From positions 2,809,454 through 2,873,453 of the forward strand of contig NW_002060946.1 of assembly GCF_000150275.1 (NCBI RefSeq): a stretch of 64,000 nt of DNA. Direction: 5' to 3'. Of the stretch, positions 1 to 13,699 are shown in pieces. The DNA comes from Trichoplax adhaerens. Its lineage: Eukaryota > Animalia > Placozoa. The notes below the pieces were generated by a model. The model did not search any database and was not told the origin of the DNA. It saw only the letters and a program-made list of their open reading frames with translations. Within the stretch, counting starts at the first letter, position 1, and every line of letters starts with the position of its first letter. The position numbers and the translations under genes were made by a program.

Positions 1-2276
1 TCATGGACGATTTAATAACTGCTTTGACCTGCACTATGATTAAGTATGATTTTAACCAAAAAATAATCAATCCAATTCGTTAATAGTGCTTAGTGTCATG
101 GTATCTTATCAAATAGTATCTAAATAATTGAAATCCTATATTGCATTGAATCAATTCTTAACGACAAAAGTCTTCTTCTTGTTTTGTTAGCTATTGAGCT
201 TGTCAATCCTGGTTTAAGGCAATTAATTTGATAACAGCGCAAAATTTGCAATTGTTAGCCATAATTATTGACACTAAAACATGAATTTAAGATTGCGTAA
301 TGTAATAATAATTTTTTACTGATAATTAATTTGCAAATTGGCGTATCAGTATAAATATATTTTATTGTTTAGTAAATTTAACCCTATTAAACAAACGTAA
401 TTCTGATTTATGCTCTTAACGGACTCATTTTTTTGGCCTACATGTATATGAAATCAAGGCGTAATTAAAAATGCTAATCAATGTCGATGCTTGCTTAGAG
501 AGTAATATAAGTATTTAAAAATGTTAACCGAGTCAGAATTAAATTTAGGGTTTCTACTTCTCGTCATGAATGAGCTTTACGACGGTCGATAGAGCACTGC
601 CGTCTGCTTTGCGAAATCTTAAGCAATGTGACACCTATGCGAATAAGTAGGAGCCGAAACAAGACTCGTTTGACTTCCTCTATTAGGATAATTCTAATAT
701 TGAGGTAAACAATTTGAACGTACAGTAGGGCTGGTGAAGCTGTAATACTTACTTTCTCTTTTAGTATTTTAACATACTTCATAGATTTAGCTTTTACTAC
801 ATTACGATACTTTACAAAATCATCCACTTAAGATGTAATACATGACTGGCACTTACTGTTTTAAGAGAGCAATATAGCAACGTGGTGAATAGAATTGAAT
901 TCGATGTAGTTAACCCTATAAAAATGTGCTATTAAAATGAACTGTCAATATTTCGGCAGGGCTTCGTTAGGCGCAGCAACGCACCCAATCATGGGCCTCC
1001 ATTAATGTCAACATATTTGAAACTAATAATCGAAACATTTATCAACCATTTCAAGGATGACATTTACTGGTCTTTAATATGGATCCTTGAAAACCCTGGA
1101 TGAATACTACAGTAATTTTCTAAAATAGTGAAATTTCATCAATTCATAGTCGCATGCAAGATATAGCCTCAATTTTTTTTCGTTAATTATCTGACCATCG
1201 GGTGCAACGGTTTATCGCCATCATCAGCGGTTAATTGAGCTGGAACAATGCATCTCAAGTTATTTTACAGTCTGATTTAGTCGATAAAGACCTTATTCTT
1301 ACTGATGATGGAATCGTTATTTACAGAATCAATATCATTACCATAAAGTGGTTACGTCATAGATACAGCTGGCGAATTTGCTAGGTTATCTGTTCTGTAC
1401 CGTAAGCCATATCCTCATCATTAAATGTTTTTATTGCAAACAAAGCCAACAATATATCAACCATTTTTCAACACTGAGTAACCTGGAAATAAATACAAAA
1501 ATATCGGATAAAAATCTACCGCGATATGGCAATACTACTTCAGTAATTGCTCTCTAATAGGTCATTTTTAGCCCCTGGGTAATTAACCCTGATCTAATTT
1601 GCATGTATAATGTTAACATTACATATATGATAGTTGTGTTTTGAGATTCCATTACGTCCTTATTTTAAGGTATCATCGTTACTGCTATAGTTTTGGTATT
1701 TACAGATTAGAAAGTCGCTATCTATGTAAACCTCGTAATCAGATGAATTTACCGTTACGTCTTTTAGTTGAAGGTACGTCCGCCACATGAGCCTCATAAG
1801 TTACAGAAAAAGAATAGTGCGCAGTAAAAACGATTAGAAAGTAGATTAATTCTTTATTTTGCTAGTCTTTATCAGCTAAGAGCTCAAGTTGAATCTAATA
1901 TAAAGAATAATCCCGTTTAGAATCAAGTAGAAAAATTATAAATAGTTCGCTAGTTATACAGCCTGTTGCTGATGTAAAAACTTAATAATTTCAATTTTTT
2001 GCAAACTTGATTCTTCTCTTTGTGTTAAGAAAACGTTGTAATTAGTCTACTAGAAAGTAAAACTGTATTGTATTAAACTATTTAGCATGTAAATTCCTAC
2101 ATGCGTTTCTGTTGAAAATCGTATCGAATTAGAATGCTTTAAAATGATATACGCATTGGCATTTTTTAGTCCTATTAATTTTTCTGGCTTTGCTTGAGAT
2201 GATGGCTAAAATTGTGCTAATAATGATCTATCATATTTTCTTCATACCTTAGACTTTACAAGAATCAAGTATAACC

Positions 2277-5200
2277 ATGTCTAAATTAGAGAGCTCTACC
2301 TGCGCTGTCTTGCTACTAGTATCCGTAACAACAGCTGCAAATTTTCACGTTTCCATAGATGAAGATCTCAATTATCTTCTGGATTGGTCGTATAATGAAC
2401 AAGATTCGACAATGGAATTTACTGTACGAATCAAGACCACAGGATGGGTAGGATTTGGAATATCGCCTTATACAGGCCAAATGCCTGAATCTGATGTAGT
2501 TATTAGATGGGTCGATAGCAACGGGAAAGCATACCTACAGGTAAATTAGGATGATCTACTTTGTTGAAATGTTTTAAAATGCAAGATCGATAGCCTTTAA
2601 TCAGCCTAACTACCTGCTTTTCCGAAATACAGCTCTAAATAGTAATATTAGCAACAGCTCATATCTTGTGATTTTAAAGTATTAGCTAATAAAAGTCATT
2701 TCATCTTTTTACTTAATAATATAGGATCGATTTGCCACTGGCTGGATATTGCCAACTTTGGATAGTAGTCAGGACTATACTCTATTATCTGATTTTAAAG
2801 TAAATGGAACCACTACATTGAAATTCCGTAGAAAGTGTAACACTGGAAATCCAAAGATCTGATATAGAATGTAATACTATATTCTGCAGAAGTTAAAGTA
2901 GGAAATGCATTTATAGTTAATTCGTATATTGTAGGTTATCTATTACTGACGGTAAATGGTAAACACTAGGTTCCGTAGAGGTTAAATTAGGTAATGCATT
3001 TATTATTAGTTCGTACTTTAGCCAGTTAATAAATAGCTTGATAACCACTATTATGACGCTATTTGTGTACTTATTTTACATGTAAGAAAGCGACTTGTAA
3101 CATCCTGGAAGATCAAACGGTTAATTATACCATGCACAGACTAAAATCTGCATAAATTAAACCAGTTACTGAAAGCCCAAAAATCAAACTCACTTTCCTT
3201 CAAATGACTTCTAGGTTGTGTGGCTGATGGTCTAGTTGCAGATAGAATTTCATCGACAACGTAATTTCTAGTTTGATATGTTAAAACTATTACATACTGC
3301 GAGTTAGTACCTTCTCGTGCATGACCGTCATGTAACCACTTCTCTGCATGGAATCAATTAATTAAATTAACAATCTAACAGCTTACTGTATGCTCATATT
3401 TATCAAATCAACATTTATAAGTTATCGATTCTATCGATTTCTTGCTAGTTTGACAAACTAAACTAAGTATACTGTAGATCTAACTACAACTTGTTTAAAT
3501 GTCGATATTCTGCAAATTATTTGAAAATCAAAGTATTCTGTCCTGTTACGTATCGAATTCATGATGTAAATATTGTTTAATTCGAAATAATTATTAGGTG
3601 TTGCTTTACAAGCTTGACAATTCAGAAATGGAAAGAATTACCAACAATTTCAACAAATCCACATTACGATTTCAACTATCAGGTATGTTTACGACTTTGT
3701 CTAATTTGAATAAGAGGTCCTAATATTACAAAGGAATGATTAAAATGCGTATAAAACATAATCTTGGCCTGAATATCCAAATTTTATAGTATTCTAACTT
3801 GCCGATAATATAGTATAATTTTAATTAATACTATACTAGGAACTTTATTACCTGAAAAAGGAGGTTAAATACTGCCTGTAAGTAGCAGGTATCCTTTAAT
3901 ATTTCGAGGCGTCATTTAATTATTGGAAATAACATTGTATTTGTTAGCATTAATATACAGTGTAAAATTAAGCGAATATAAGTTTATGCTTAAATTGGCA
4001 ATAGGGAGACTTATCCACACGGGAAGAGATGGGCCTTAATTACGCATTTTATTATCCAAAAATTAACTTTGGAACGTGTTCAACTCTACCTGGATTAAGG
4101 ATATAATTCCATTTCTTAGCAAGCTACAGAAGTTAGTGTTACAAATTGACATAAACAATCAGCATGAAATCGAAATTAATGCTGAAAGATTTCGAATAAT
4201 TCGAAAAGCAAATGACTGGGAAATAATGTAATATCGAACATAATAAATGTATTTTATCGTTGTAGAATGTTATAAGTAGGCTGATTAGTTTACTGAGTAT
4301 CTTTCTTAATTTATTGTTGCTACAAATCGAAATTTATAACGAGAGAAATGCTAAAATTATTATAGAAATTATTGTACGAATCTACTGTCAGATTTGCCCT
4401 CCATGACATTAACCTACAGCACGACTTTAAATACTGACGATCTCTTATCGTCCGGAGAAACAGTAAGACTACTAGTCTCTTAGACGTGCTTAGACATAAC
4501 TGAATCCAAACTTTATTGAAAAGTCAGTCAATTTATAGTGAATCGATGTAAACAGTAATTATTGCTTTATAGATTATAAAACTATGCAGCGATTTATTAA
4601 AAATATGTAAAATGTCATAGATAACGGTACGTAAATATATTCCTAGAAAGATTATCTTATGGAATCTGTGTTGCAACTGCTACGTAAAATTACCCCGTAA
4701 CAATCATATTGTACGTAAACGGCCAATTTAATGAATTTCTTGCTTACTAATTATGTCTAGTATATTTTACACGCAGCTATGGTAGCGTATTTGAGTAACG
4801 ATATAAGTAATAGAAGACTTGCTTATTCAATTACCTCGGTTCCGTCGTTTGTATCTAAAATTTGTGAATTGTCTGAATGTAAATAGTTTGAAAAAGTCTA
4901 GTAATTCTCGAACTTCATCGTATACAATAGAAGCAAGCGGTTCGCATATTAATGTATTTGGAAGTGAAGATGCTTATAAATAATCAGTATTTCAATTTTT
5001 CGATGAAAATACTTACAGCTAATTTAATATTTAAAGTTTTACTACTAGCTGGAAAATAAGATAACTAGAAAGTTGTTTAATAGTATCCTATTACCGCTAT
5101 ATAAGGTAGTCATGCAGTATAAGCTTTACATTTTGGAATTTTGAAGTAAGTAAAGGTTAATCCATTATTTACTGACTTATTACTTATGAAAGATTTAGTG

Positions 5201-5597
5201 CCTACTCCAATCAGAAACAGAACTGGAGGCATCTATAATTCTCTCTTAAATACAACTCTTCATAATTCGTAATTGCTTCAGGAACTCAAAAATGTGCAGA
5301 CTTATTCTACACCCGGCATGTAGTGCGTTTTAGGAAACGCACCATGCTATTTGACGTATGTAGTCCAGTATTTCTATGATTTAGTCTTGCAATTATGATA
5401 TCTCTAATATACTGAAAAGCAAACGAATGATCATATCCTTTATCTATTTTTCTATCTAGCGTTATGGGTTAAAAATACAAAACTTTAAACCAGCTATCAA
5501 TTGTACAATATAAAATACTACTGGAGTGGCAACTACTTTCTCCGCGATTTTCTCCGTTGCGGTTTTTGCTATTTTTGCTGTCCAATTGGTACTATAA
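2277..5597 (+). pseudogene. MOX1: decayed DBH/MOXD1-like copper monooxygenase pseudogene
   Basis: Recognisable exon remnants: 2277-2540 (signal peptide + DOMON, GWVGFGISPYTGQMPESDVVIRWVD); 2725-~2870 (TGA at 2860 after a frameshift); 3598-3682 (TGA at 3615 where paralogues have an Arg codon, 1-nt deletion near 3632, HYDFNYQ); 3840-3877 (1-nt deletion); 4005-~4130 (EEMG instead of EEMC, then frameshift); ~5190-5355 (TAA 5270, TAG 5321); 5460-5597 (internal TAA). Exons carrying HH, H-Y-D-N-P and HTH were not found. Confidence 0.92.
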
Positions 5598-5714
5598 TTT
5601 TCTATGCATATAAACGTAGCTGTCCGTATTGATATTCTTGAACTCTTCAGCTTTATAATTTTCTACGCGTATAAACGTAGCCACCCGTATTGATACTCTT
5701 GAACTCCCCAGCTT
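5593..5714 (+). repeat. 61-bp tandem duplication (2 copies) overlapping the MOX1 stop codon
   Basis: tataattttctatgcatataaacgtagctgtccgtattgatattcttgaactcttcagctt (5593-5653) vs tataattttctacgcgtataaacgtagccacccgtattgatactcttgaactccccagctt (5654-5714). Confidence 0.9.
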
Positions 5715-7544
5715 TTATTCTTAAAGATCCATTTAAAATATATTTTTTGGAGAGAAGCTCATAGAGTAGAATATAACTATTTGCAATTCCTGTTTTATAT
5801 TACAAAAAATTTCAATGTACCATTAGAGACATGTATAGTTTACCCTTATGGGATATAATAGTAATTTAAAAAATTTCCTTGGGTACATATTAGAGAAAAA
5901 ATGGCTATCAAACTTATCAATAAGGCGAGTTTATACTTGTATCAAGTGAACCCTTAAGAGCAGAATTAGAAATTTATTTTTTGCCTAATGATTAATTGAA
6001 CACTCTAGCTCTACTAAACTCATCTGGGGATTTCTAGCGAATCTTCCACGTTACAAAGTAGAAGGATTTCGAAAACGTAATAACTGCTTTATTTCATATT
6101 AACACGACACTTTTAAATACAATGCTACTTAAATAAGTTGAAATCTCTACAAATTTGATGCTAGTGTATAAAATTTCAGTATTTATGTATTTATTAGCTA
6201 TGGCCTTCGAGAGCGCTACGAAACTATTGCATGACAGCATACTGCATCCCCTAGCGTGAAGACTGTTCCTATAAGCTAGCTTTAAATGGCAAAATATAGT
6301 TGATAAACAAAAATTTTTTTTGCTATTTATTCATGGTTTAATTAGTGGTATTAAACCATGTAAGATCGTTCTAAATTCAGACTTCAGCCGAATTATCGTA
6401 CGATAACTATCTAAGTCTAAATTACATCCTTTTCGATAAACAATATTGGTATAAATGACTGTACTGTATAGTATGAATACCGTAAGAAATAAACGAGAAA
6501 TATTTCATGCCATTTACTATGAAGTTATCACTTGTTGATTCAGTTAAAATCCAATTTTTATATAAATTATCTCCAGTAAAAAATGTATTGTATACTTTGA
6601 TTACATTATACGTTGTATACGAATATTATGTTCTAGTCTAAATATGAACACGGTAACTGATGTTGCATGTCAAAGTTTTACGCATATATGAAGGATGCTT
6701 GTTTAAGTTGCACAGGAATTAATCAATTAACCTTCAAGATATGGATACAGAATAGACAAAGAAAAGCTCGTGTAATCCTCGTGACTTTAAATTAGCTAAA
6801 TGTTCAATAATGGTGAGAATTTTACCGATCTCCATTGTTTATTCATGATCTTAACTAAATAATCAACAGGATTTTATTGGCATTACAGCTATTATATTTG
6901 ACGTCACTTAAATGTATTAATTATGATTATATATTAGTTGAGCTCGATAGTTAATAGTCAGTTTCACGGACTACTTCCTGATAAGTTTACTAGTTTAATG
7001 TAAATCACTTACTTGAGTTGCTTCTACAGGTTACTACCCTAATCTGCCGAATAGAATGCCGAATAAGAATATACTATCATACTGAAACACTGTCTGCAAT
7101 AATACTTTCTTAAACTCTATAATTTAGGCAACGTAGTGCAGTAACAAGTAGTAATACGAGTACTTTTGTTAACGTTACAGTTTGGAGTTGATTAGGAGTT
7201 ATATTTGGTTTCTTATTAGAGCAAAATAAATTACGATTGCTTCTTGAATTCTTTCGTATTTACTAATATTAGGATAGATATCATAAAAAAGATTACGTTT
7301 CTTTAGTTTCTATATTAATTAATTAATTAAGCGTATTAAGTAAGCTATTTAACTATATGTTCAGTTTTCAAATGTAATTGATAATGTTAATGTGTAAAAT
7401 AGTGATTGAAGTAATTACTGTTGGTAGCCTGGCAGGTACGAAATTTACGAAATCTTGAAGCCATGATGCAGCTGTAGCTTAATCATTAGCAACTTATGCA
7501 GTCATTAAGTACAATTACAGCTAAAATTCAGCTTCACCAGCGAA

Positions 7545-7594
7545 TATAAAAAGGATTCTCTTAAATCTAGACTTTTAATATACAATAGTTGTCT
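7545..7594 (+). promoter_or_regulatory. Candidate core promoter of MOX2 (TATA box plus a start-site motif shared with MOX3)
   Basis: TATAAAA at 7545-7551, followed ~30 nt later by atacaatagttgtct (7580-7594), which recurs exactly upstream of MOX3 (15068-15082). Candidate 5'UTR donor gag|gtagga at ~7678 and acceptor ag at 7818-7819. Confidence 0.45.
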
Positions 7595-7820
7595 TCCCTT
7601 GACTGAGCTTGATGAACTCAAGGGATGTGCTAGACGTAAAGTACTGCGTAGTTAGAAAAGGTTAAAACACATTTGGAGGTAGGATAAAAATCGTGTAGAG
7701 TTTTAAGTAGGAAAGTTTAAATTTGAGCTCAACGGTATATTATTGTATCATATACAATCAAAACTCTACTGAGAATAATAGTAGTCCGTATAATATTTTA
7801 AATCAACTTTTCCAAATAGT

Positions 7821-10800
7821 ATGGCAGGGACGTGGATTTATTACCTTCATGCTATCGCATTACTTCTGATAGCAGTAACTGCAGAAACACCGGAACAGTA
7901 TCATGTATCTATGGATGAAGATTCAAATTATCGTATGCATTGGTCTTTCAACAATCAAGATAAGATTATGCAATTTACTGTTGAAGTCAAAACAACAGGA
8001 TGGATAGGATTCGGAATATCTCCATATACTGGTCAAATGCCTGGATCGGATGTAGTCATTGGTTGGGTTGATAGTAATGGCAAGGCTTATTTACAGGTGG
8101 GCAGATTAAACATTGCTATTATTATGTGCAATTAAAGCTACATAATCAAACTATAAACTAGAATAAATTGGAGAATAAGAGCCTAAGATTGGTGAAATAC
8201 TTGACGTAGGCTAAAATGATTCGAATTAGTAAGCCCTTTGAAAGTTTTATACGTAAGTATATTCATTATCATTAAAATAGGATCGATTTGCCAATGGTCG
8301 AACACTACCAGCATTGGATGATAATCAAGATTATAAGTTGATATCAGGCATTGAAAAGAATGGAATGACTACACTAAAATTTAGCCGAAAGTTTAATACG
8401 GAGGATCCCAAGGATTTACCTCTAGAAGTAATAAATAGTATTGGAAGGCTACTGCAGTATCCTAATTAATCTTAATAACTACTGTACTTGTATCACTTGA
8501 GTTAAAGATTAAATTATGTAAAATAAATTTTTCTTTCGCAATATACTGCACTTAATGTAAGTGATACTAAGCATTTTATTAATTAATTGAATTAGGGTGG
8601 AACAACCAGATTGATTTGGGCATATAATAACAATGATCCGCCATCCCAAACTAACATTCCAATGCACCATAAAATGGGTAGTCGTAGTGTTAATTTATTC
8701 AATGCCATGCCCGAAATTGACAAGCCGAAACTACCAGACGATACTAAAACTTACGATTGCCTTGCTCCCAATGTAATTAAGAATAAATATGAATAAAAAT
8801 GATGATAATTGCACTTTATAATCATAATAACATAGAAACATGAAAATATTAAAAATGACGAATTAAAGTACTTGGTAAATACAAATAATCCTTGATTTTA
8901 AGATAATTTTGAAATATTGAGGGTACTAGCAAACTATTGATAAGGAACATATTGATCCTGTACTACGTGCTATTGCCAATATTTGTTTGCATACTTTATA
9001 CCTTGTAGGTTACTGTGCCTAGCAAGCATACATCATATTGGTGTGTAGGACTCAAGCTACCTCAAGTAACTGAGAAGCATCATATTATCAAGGTCAATAT
9101 TAATTAAATATTACAGATTGCTGCTTTTAGCTATTACAATGGAGTAATTAGATTTTAAATTATGGCCGTGGCATATTCTTATTATGTCTCGCAGACTCTT
9201 TCAGTTTCTTTCCAGATTACAATGAATTATGATATGGATAAATATAGTATATGAACTTCTAGGACTTGAAAGATTTAATTGCTCGCGAAACTTCTAAATT
9301 CTTTTTGATATAGCTTGATCCTGTTATTACAAAAGGCAATGAAGGTGTAGTTCATCATATGACATTATTTGAATGTGAATCGGATCCGAAATGGCATGGA
9401 TATGCAGCCGAATGTGATAGCCAAAATATGCCTAATCATTTACGAAATTGCCGCAGCGGTTCGGCTATGGCTGGTTGGGCCGTTGGAGGAGAAGTATGAG
9501 CTTTCTTTGTCATCAAATGTCACAAATCAAATGTTATTGAGAAAAATATTGAAATTCAAAATGTTCTACTAATATTTTTTATCTTACACACAAAAAGTCA
9601 ATAACTTTTCCGGCTAAAGCGGGATTTCCCATTGGTGGTAAAAATAATCCCAAATTTGCAGTAATTGAAATGCATTACGATAATCCTGAAGGGAAATCAA
9701 GTAAGCTGATGAGTATAATTTCATATTACAGTTTAAGTCCTGGTTAGAACAAGTTCACTAGATTATGCTGTACTTGCAATAACTTATCCCTCTTACATAT
9801 TAGGAAGGTAGGAGATGCTTATTATATCGAATATCTACACTTACCGGTTGCTAATGATTCTAATCTAACTTAAATTAGATATCGTTGATAGTTCCGGATA
9901 TAAAATTTATTATACCAAGCAACTTCGTCCAAATGATATTGGAGTTTTAATCATGGGCCATCTTGTATCTCCATTCCTGATTGTTCCAAATAACCAAATG
10001 CAATGGAATATTACTGGCTATTGTTCCGGTGAATGCACCAGTATGGTATGCAATTCCATTTCTATTCTAACAATTACGTTTTATGCTATTCGCATTGAGT
10101 GCAAATCAGTACATTTCACACTCATAAGTTCTATGATTCAAAATAAAATATAATCTTACTTCAACCCACTCTTACACTAAATAGAACTTAAATAAAGATT
10201 TGTGCTGAATTTAATTTGTTTAAATATGTTTTTGATATAATTGGAAAACTAGATCTTCCCTAAAAATGGCATCAACATCTTTGCATTATTCTTTCATACT
10301 CATTTAGCAGGTAACAAAGAATATATTTTAGGGATAGAATGCTTAAAAGACTATAATCTTATATTGGTATAATTTTAGATAAGACTGAAAACCGTTAGTT
10401 ATTAAGGTAGTATCGACTATTTTATAATTTATTTCTTGCAACTAAGCAATGACTTCGGTAATACTTCAACGAGACTTACAGTAATCTTTACCTAAATTAC
10501 TACACTTAATGATTTGTAATATTATTGTAATATTTTCTATTCGTATAATATCAAATAACGGTATGCTGCGGCAGTATGGGTAAGGCTTGTATATAGTTAC
10601 TGCTGAAAAAATTGTCTGTACTCTCGAATTAGCGAGGTTACTTTTCACTAGATTCTATAATTCAGCGTGCCTGATAATAAGTTAGATACTTTCTGACATT
10701 CGATACTGATTTCTAATGCAAAAATAATCCGCTAGCTATAGCAATACGTTTCATTTTTTCTGCATCCATTGATAATTAGGAGTGGCTCTTGACTCTCGAC

Positions 10801-12179
10801 AATTTAGAAATGGCAAAGAGCTACCTTTGGTTGCGGAAAACAAGCACTATGATTTTAATTATCAGGTAAATTTATCAACTCAGGATGAATTGGCATGCCT
10901 GTAGTAATATGGACAATTATCATATAACTTGATGCCTAGCTAACTTAAGTAACAATAACAGTTATCAGTTTATTTCCTAAATTAAGTATTTCAGTATGAG
11001 TAATGATCGATACTCTTGGCCAAAAATAAATTTCCTAAGTGTTATAATTTATCTTTTATCCATTAGGAACTTTATTATATGAAGGATGAAGTTAATATGA
11101 TGCCAGTATGTAGTTTTTAAATTATTTTCGTATGAATTAAATAAGATATGCCATGAATAAAAATATTATATTAACTTGCTAGGGAGATACTATGTCGGTA
11201 ACTTGTGTCTATAAAACAAAAAATCGCACAAAATTAACCTTGGTAAGGACTTGAGTTTTCATTTAATTTAGCGTTTATTCATAAGATGAGTCCATTTTTC
11301 TATGCTAATTTCATGCAATAATTTTATTCCAAAATCACACTAGGGAGGTTTATCAACAAAGGAAGAAATGTGCTTGAACTACGTATTTTACTACCCTAAA
11401 ATTGATCTTTCAGCTTGTTCAACTCAACCAGCTTATGAGGCCTTGGGTCCTTACTTGGCTAAGCTATGGAGGTATCGTACTCGTATAATAAAGATTATCA
11501 CCGCTAGAAAGGCTGATAATCTTCTGTAATAAGTTGTTTATACAGCACTCGCTTATTGAGCTATTTGAAATATATGATACTATTATCAAATCCTTTTTAG
11601 ATTTTTTGTGTATGGTAAGGAATATTTATTGCATGAATGTTAACATTACTGACAGCTGTAACATAGTACTTAATGCATATACTCGTATGCAGGGTAAAAT
11701 TTCTTCATAATATAAAAATATGGTGAAATATTTTATAGGAAAGGAATATTACCCATACCTAGTCAAAATGGAAGTGCTGGTTTGTATGAATCGCTTGGTG
11801 CAGCATCACTTGATGATCCTAAATTGATTCAGGAGCTCGCCAACGTCCAAACTTATCCGCCGCCAGCGATGTATTGCGCTTATGGAAACCGTACTATGCT
11901 CTTCGATGTAAGTCTGTTTTAAAATCAAATACTGACCAAAATGATTATTCAAAATGACTACTTTACAGTATTATAAGATAGACAGATAGAATTGTTTCTA
12001 ACTTCTATCATTTTATTTTTACTGAATTCTTATAGCGATTTGGGGTAAGAATGGCTAATTTTAAATCGGTCGCTAACTATACGATGGAGAATACAACCAA
12101 TGGTGGTTTCAGTATCTCAACGTTTTCTTCTGTCATGACATTAGCTCATATCGTCGTAGCTTTCTATTATTTATCTTAG
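7821..12179 (+). CDS. MOXD1-like: MOX2: DBH-like monooxygenase (DOMON + copper type II monooxygenase), ~605 aa, 14 coding exons, predicted GPI anchor
   Basis: Exons 7821-8096, 8281-8427, 8596-8772, 9009-9092, 9314-9493, 9598-9700, 9879-10045, 10253-10310, 10780-10865, 11067-11105, 11183-11242, 11344-11471, 11739-11907, 12036-12179. All introns are GT-AG and the exons join into an open 1818-nt frame. Motifs: VVHHM and EMHYDNP (CuH), FHTHLAG and EEMC (CuM), HYDFNYQ. Symbol is family-level only. Confidence 0.93.
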
Positions 12180-12430
12180 TTTTTCCAAGTTATGCTAATT
12201 CTAGTAGATTTATCCTGTCACTTATTCCAATTATGGCTGTAATACAATATATCATTAACATCAGTTTGTTTTTTTACGATTAGCGTGATACATATGGTAC
12301 CCTATACGGTATCAATAGCAGAATTAATGTCCTAAGATTACTACCTACATGACAGTATTTTCGATATGTGGTCAAAGACTAGCTTCTGTTATCACTAAAT
12401 AGATAATTAAAATAGTATTATGGCCTCTGC

Positions 12431-12880
12431 AGCCTCATGGTATCCACATTTAAATGTCTTAGCTACATAGTTGTAGCTTCATTTCAAGTGTCATTAGAGA
12501 AGAATTAAAGAGTCGGTTATAATGATGTTGGCGAATGTGCTATAGTAGCTGTTCATATGAAAACAGGGCAATCGAGAGACAGACAATCAATATTTATTAT
12601 CGACGAAATGTAGTCAATTTAGAAGGCCTCTACACTAACATTTCTTAGTGTAGGAGCAGCATAGCCTTAAGGTTAGCTTCACATTCAAATGTCTAAGCCA
12701 TTTGTAGCTTCGTCTTTGTTATTATCAATGAAGAATTAAAGAATCAGTTATAATTATATCTGTCAGTGTGTTATAACAGTCGTTGGTATGAAAATAGGGC
12801 AACCATAAGGCGACTAATATTTAACATCTACAAAGTAAAGTCAATTTGAAAAGTATCTGCATTACCATTTCTTAGCGTAC
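12431..12880 (+). repeat. Diverged ~230-bp tandem duplication (2 copies) downstream of MOX2
   Basis: Shared ordered blocks cacatt(t/c)aaatgtct, ttgtagcttc, gaagaattaaaga, tatgaaaa(c/t)agggcaa, agtcaattt, catttcttag in ~12431-12652 and ~12662-12880. Confidence 0.8.
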
Positions 12881-13699
12881 AGTAGGTAAAAGTAGTACAA
12901 TTAACACTAATCGAGCTAAAGTTACTGATTCAGTAAATTTGTATTACTCAAGTTAAGCTATTTGTTATTATTAGAAGTACATACTTGCCCACGAGTACAA
13001 AGATTAAAACTACAAAATACTAATAACGTAGGATAGCTTTTCAGCATAATAATAAGGAAATTGTAATGATATACTTAACTCACCGCTACTTAGAACTATG
13101 TCGGGACTAAGCTCTATACTGCCTCAACTACACCTTAGGCTTGGCAGGCAAGCTGCAAACCAATATAGGGTACACCTTTGCTTGCATACCATACAAAAAT
13201 TATGACTACTCTATTTACGATAGAATAGCTTCACATTAATTAAACACTTTGACCAGGCAATATAGGAACAAAGAATAAAAATTGCAATGACAAGCTGGCT
13301 TTGATAACCATAGCTCAGCCCTGTCGTGCACCCACAATTAAAACTTTAACTAACTATTCGTAAGATTTACTATAGAATATCAGTCTACATACAGTGGTTC
13401 AGTATGAAATAGAGCTTCTATAAACAATATCCTATAACAATATACAATTCCATCAATAAAATTTCAATCAACAAACTCACTATTTAGATTAGAATTGCTG
13501 ACATTGAATTTTCATCACTTTTGACTCGATGAAAGCAATCTGTACGATACTGCATCAAAAGACATTTTTACTCAAATTAGAGCTTACAGTATGTAAATAA
13601 TGCTTTCGTCTAAGAATTCCCAGGGTTTAAATAAAGTATCGGGTTGAGCAACAAATACAGACTCTGTTAGTTCTGCAAAAAACAACCACTTAAATTATT

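Noticed and set aside
564-827. 87-aa minus-strand ORF
   Set aside because: No recognisable motif, paralogue or splice support; expected by chance.
2888-3020. ~40-bp direct repeat (gttaaa.tagg.aatgcatttat) as a CRISPR-like or LTR feature
   Set aside because: Only two diverged copies in eukaryotic pseudogene DNA; ordinary local duplication.
2860-5323. In-frame TGA/TAA/TAG in MOX1 as recoding (selenocysteine or readthrough)
   Set aside because: All three stop types plus frameshifts and missing exons indicate decay, not recoding.
9369-9572. 67-aa ORF inside MOX2
   Set aside because: Out-of-frame overlap of MOX2 exon 5; the true frame carries VHHM...WAVGGE.
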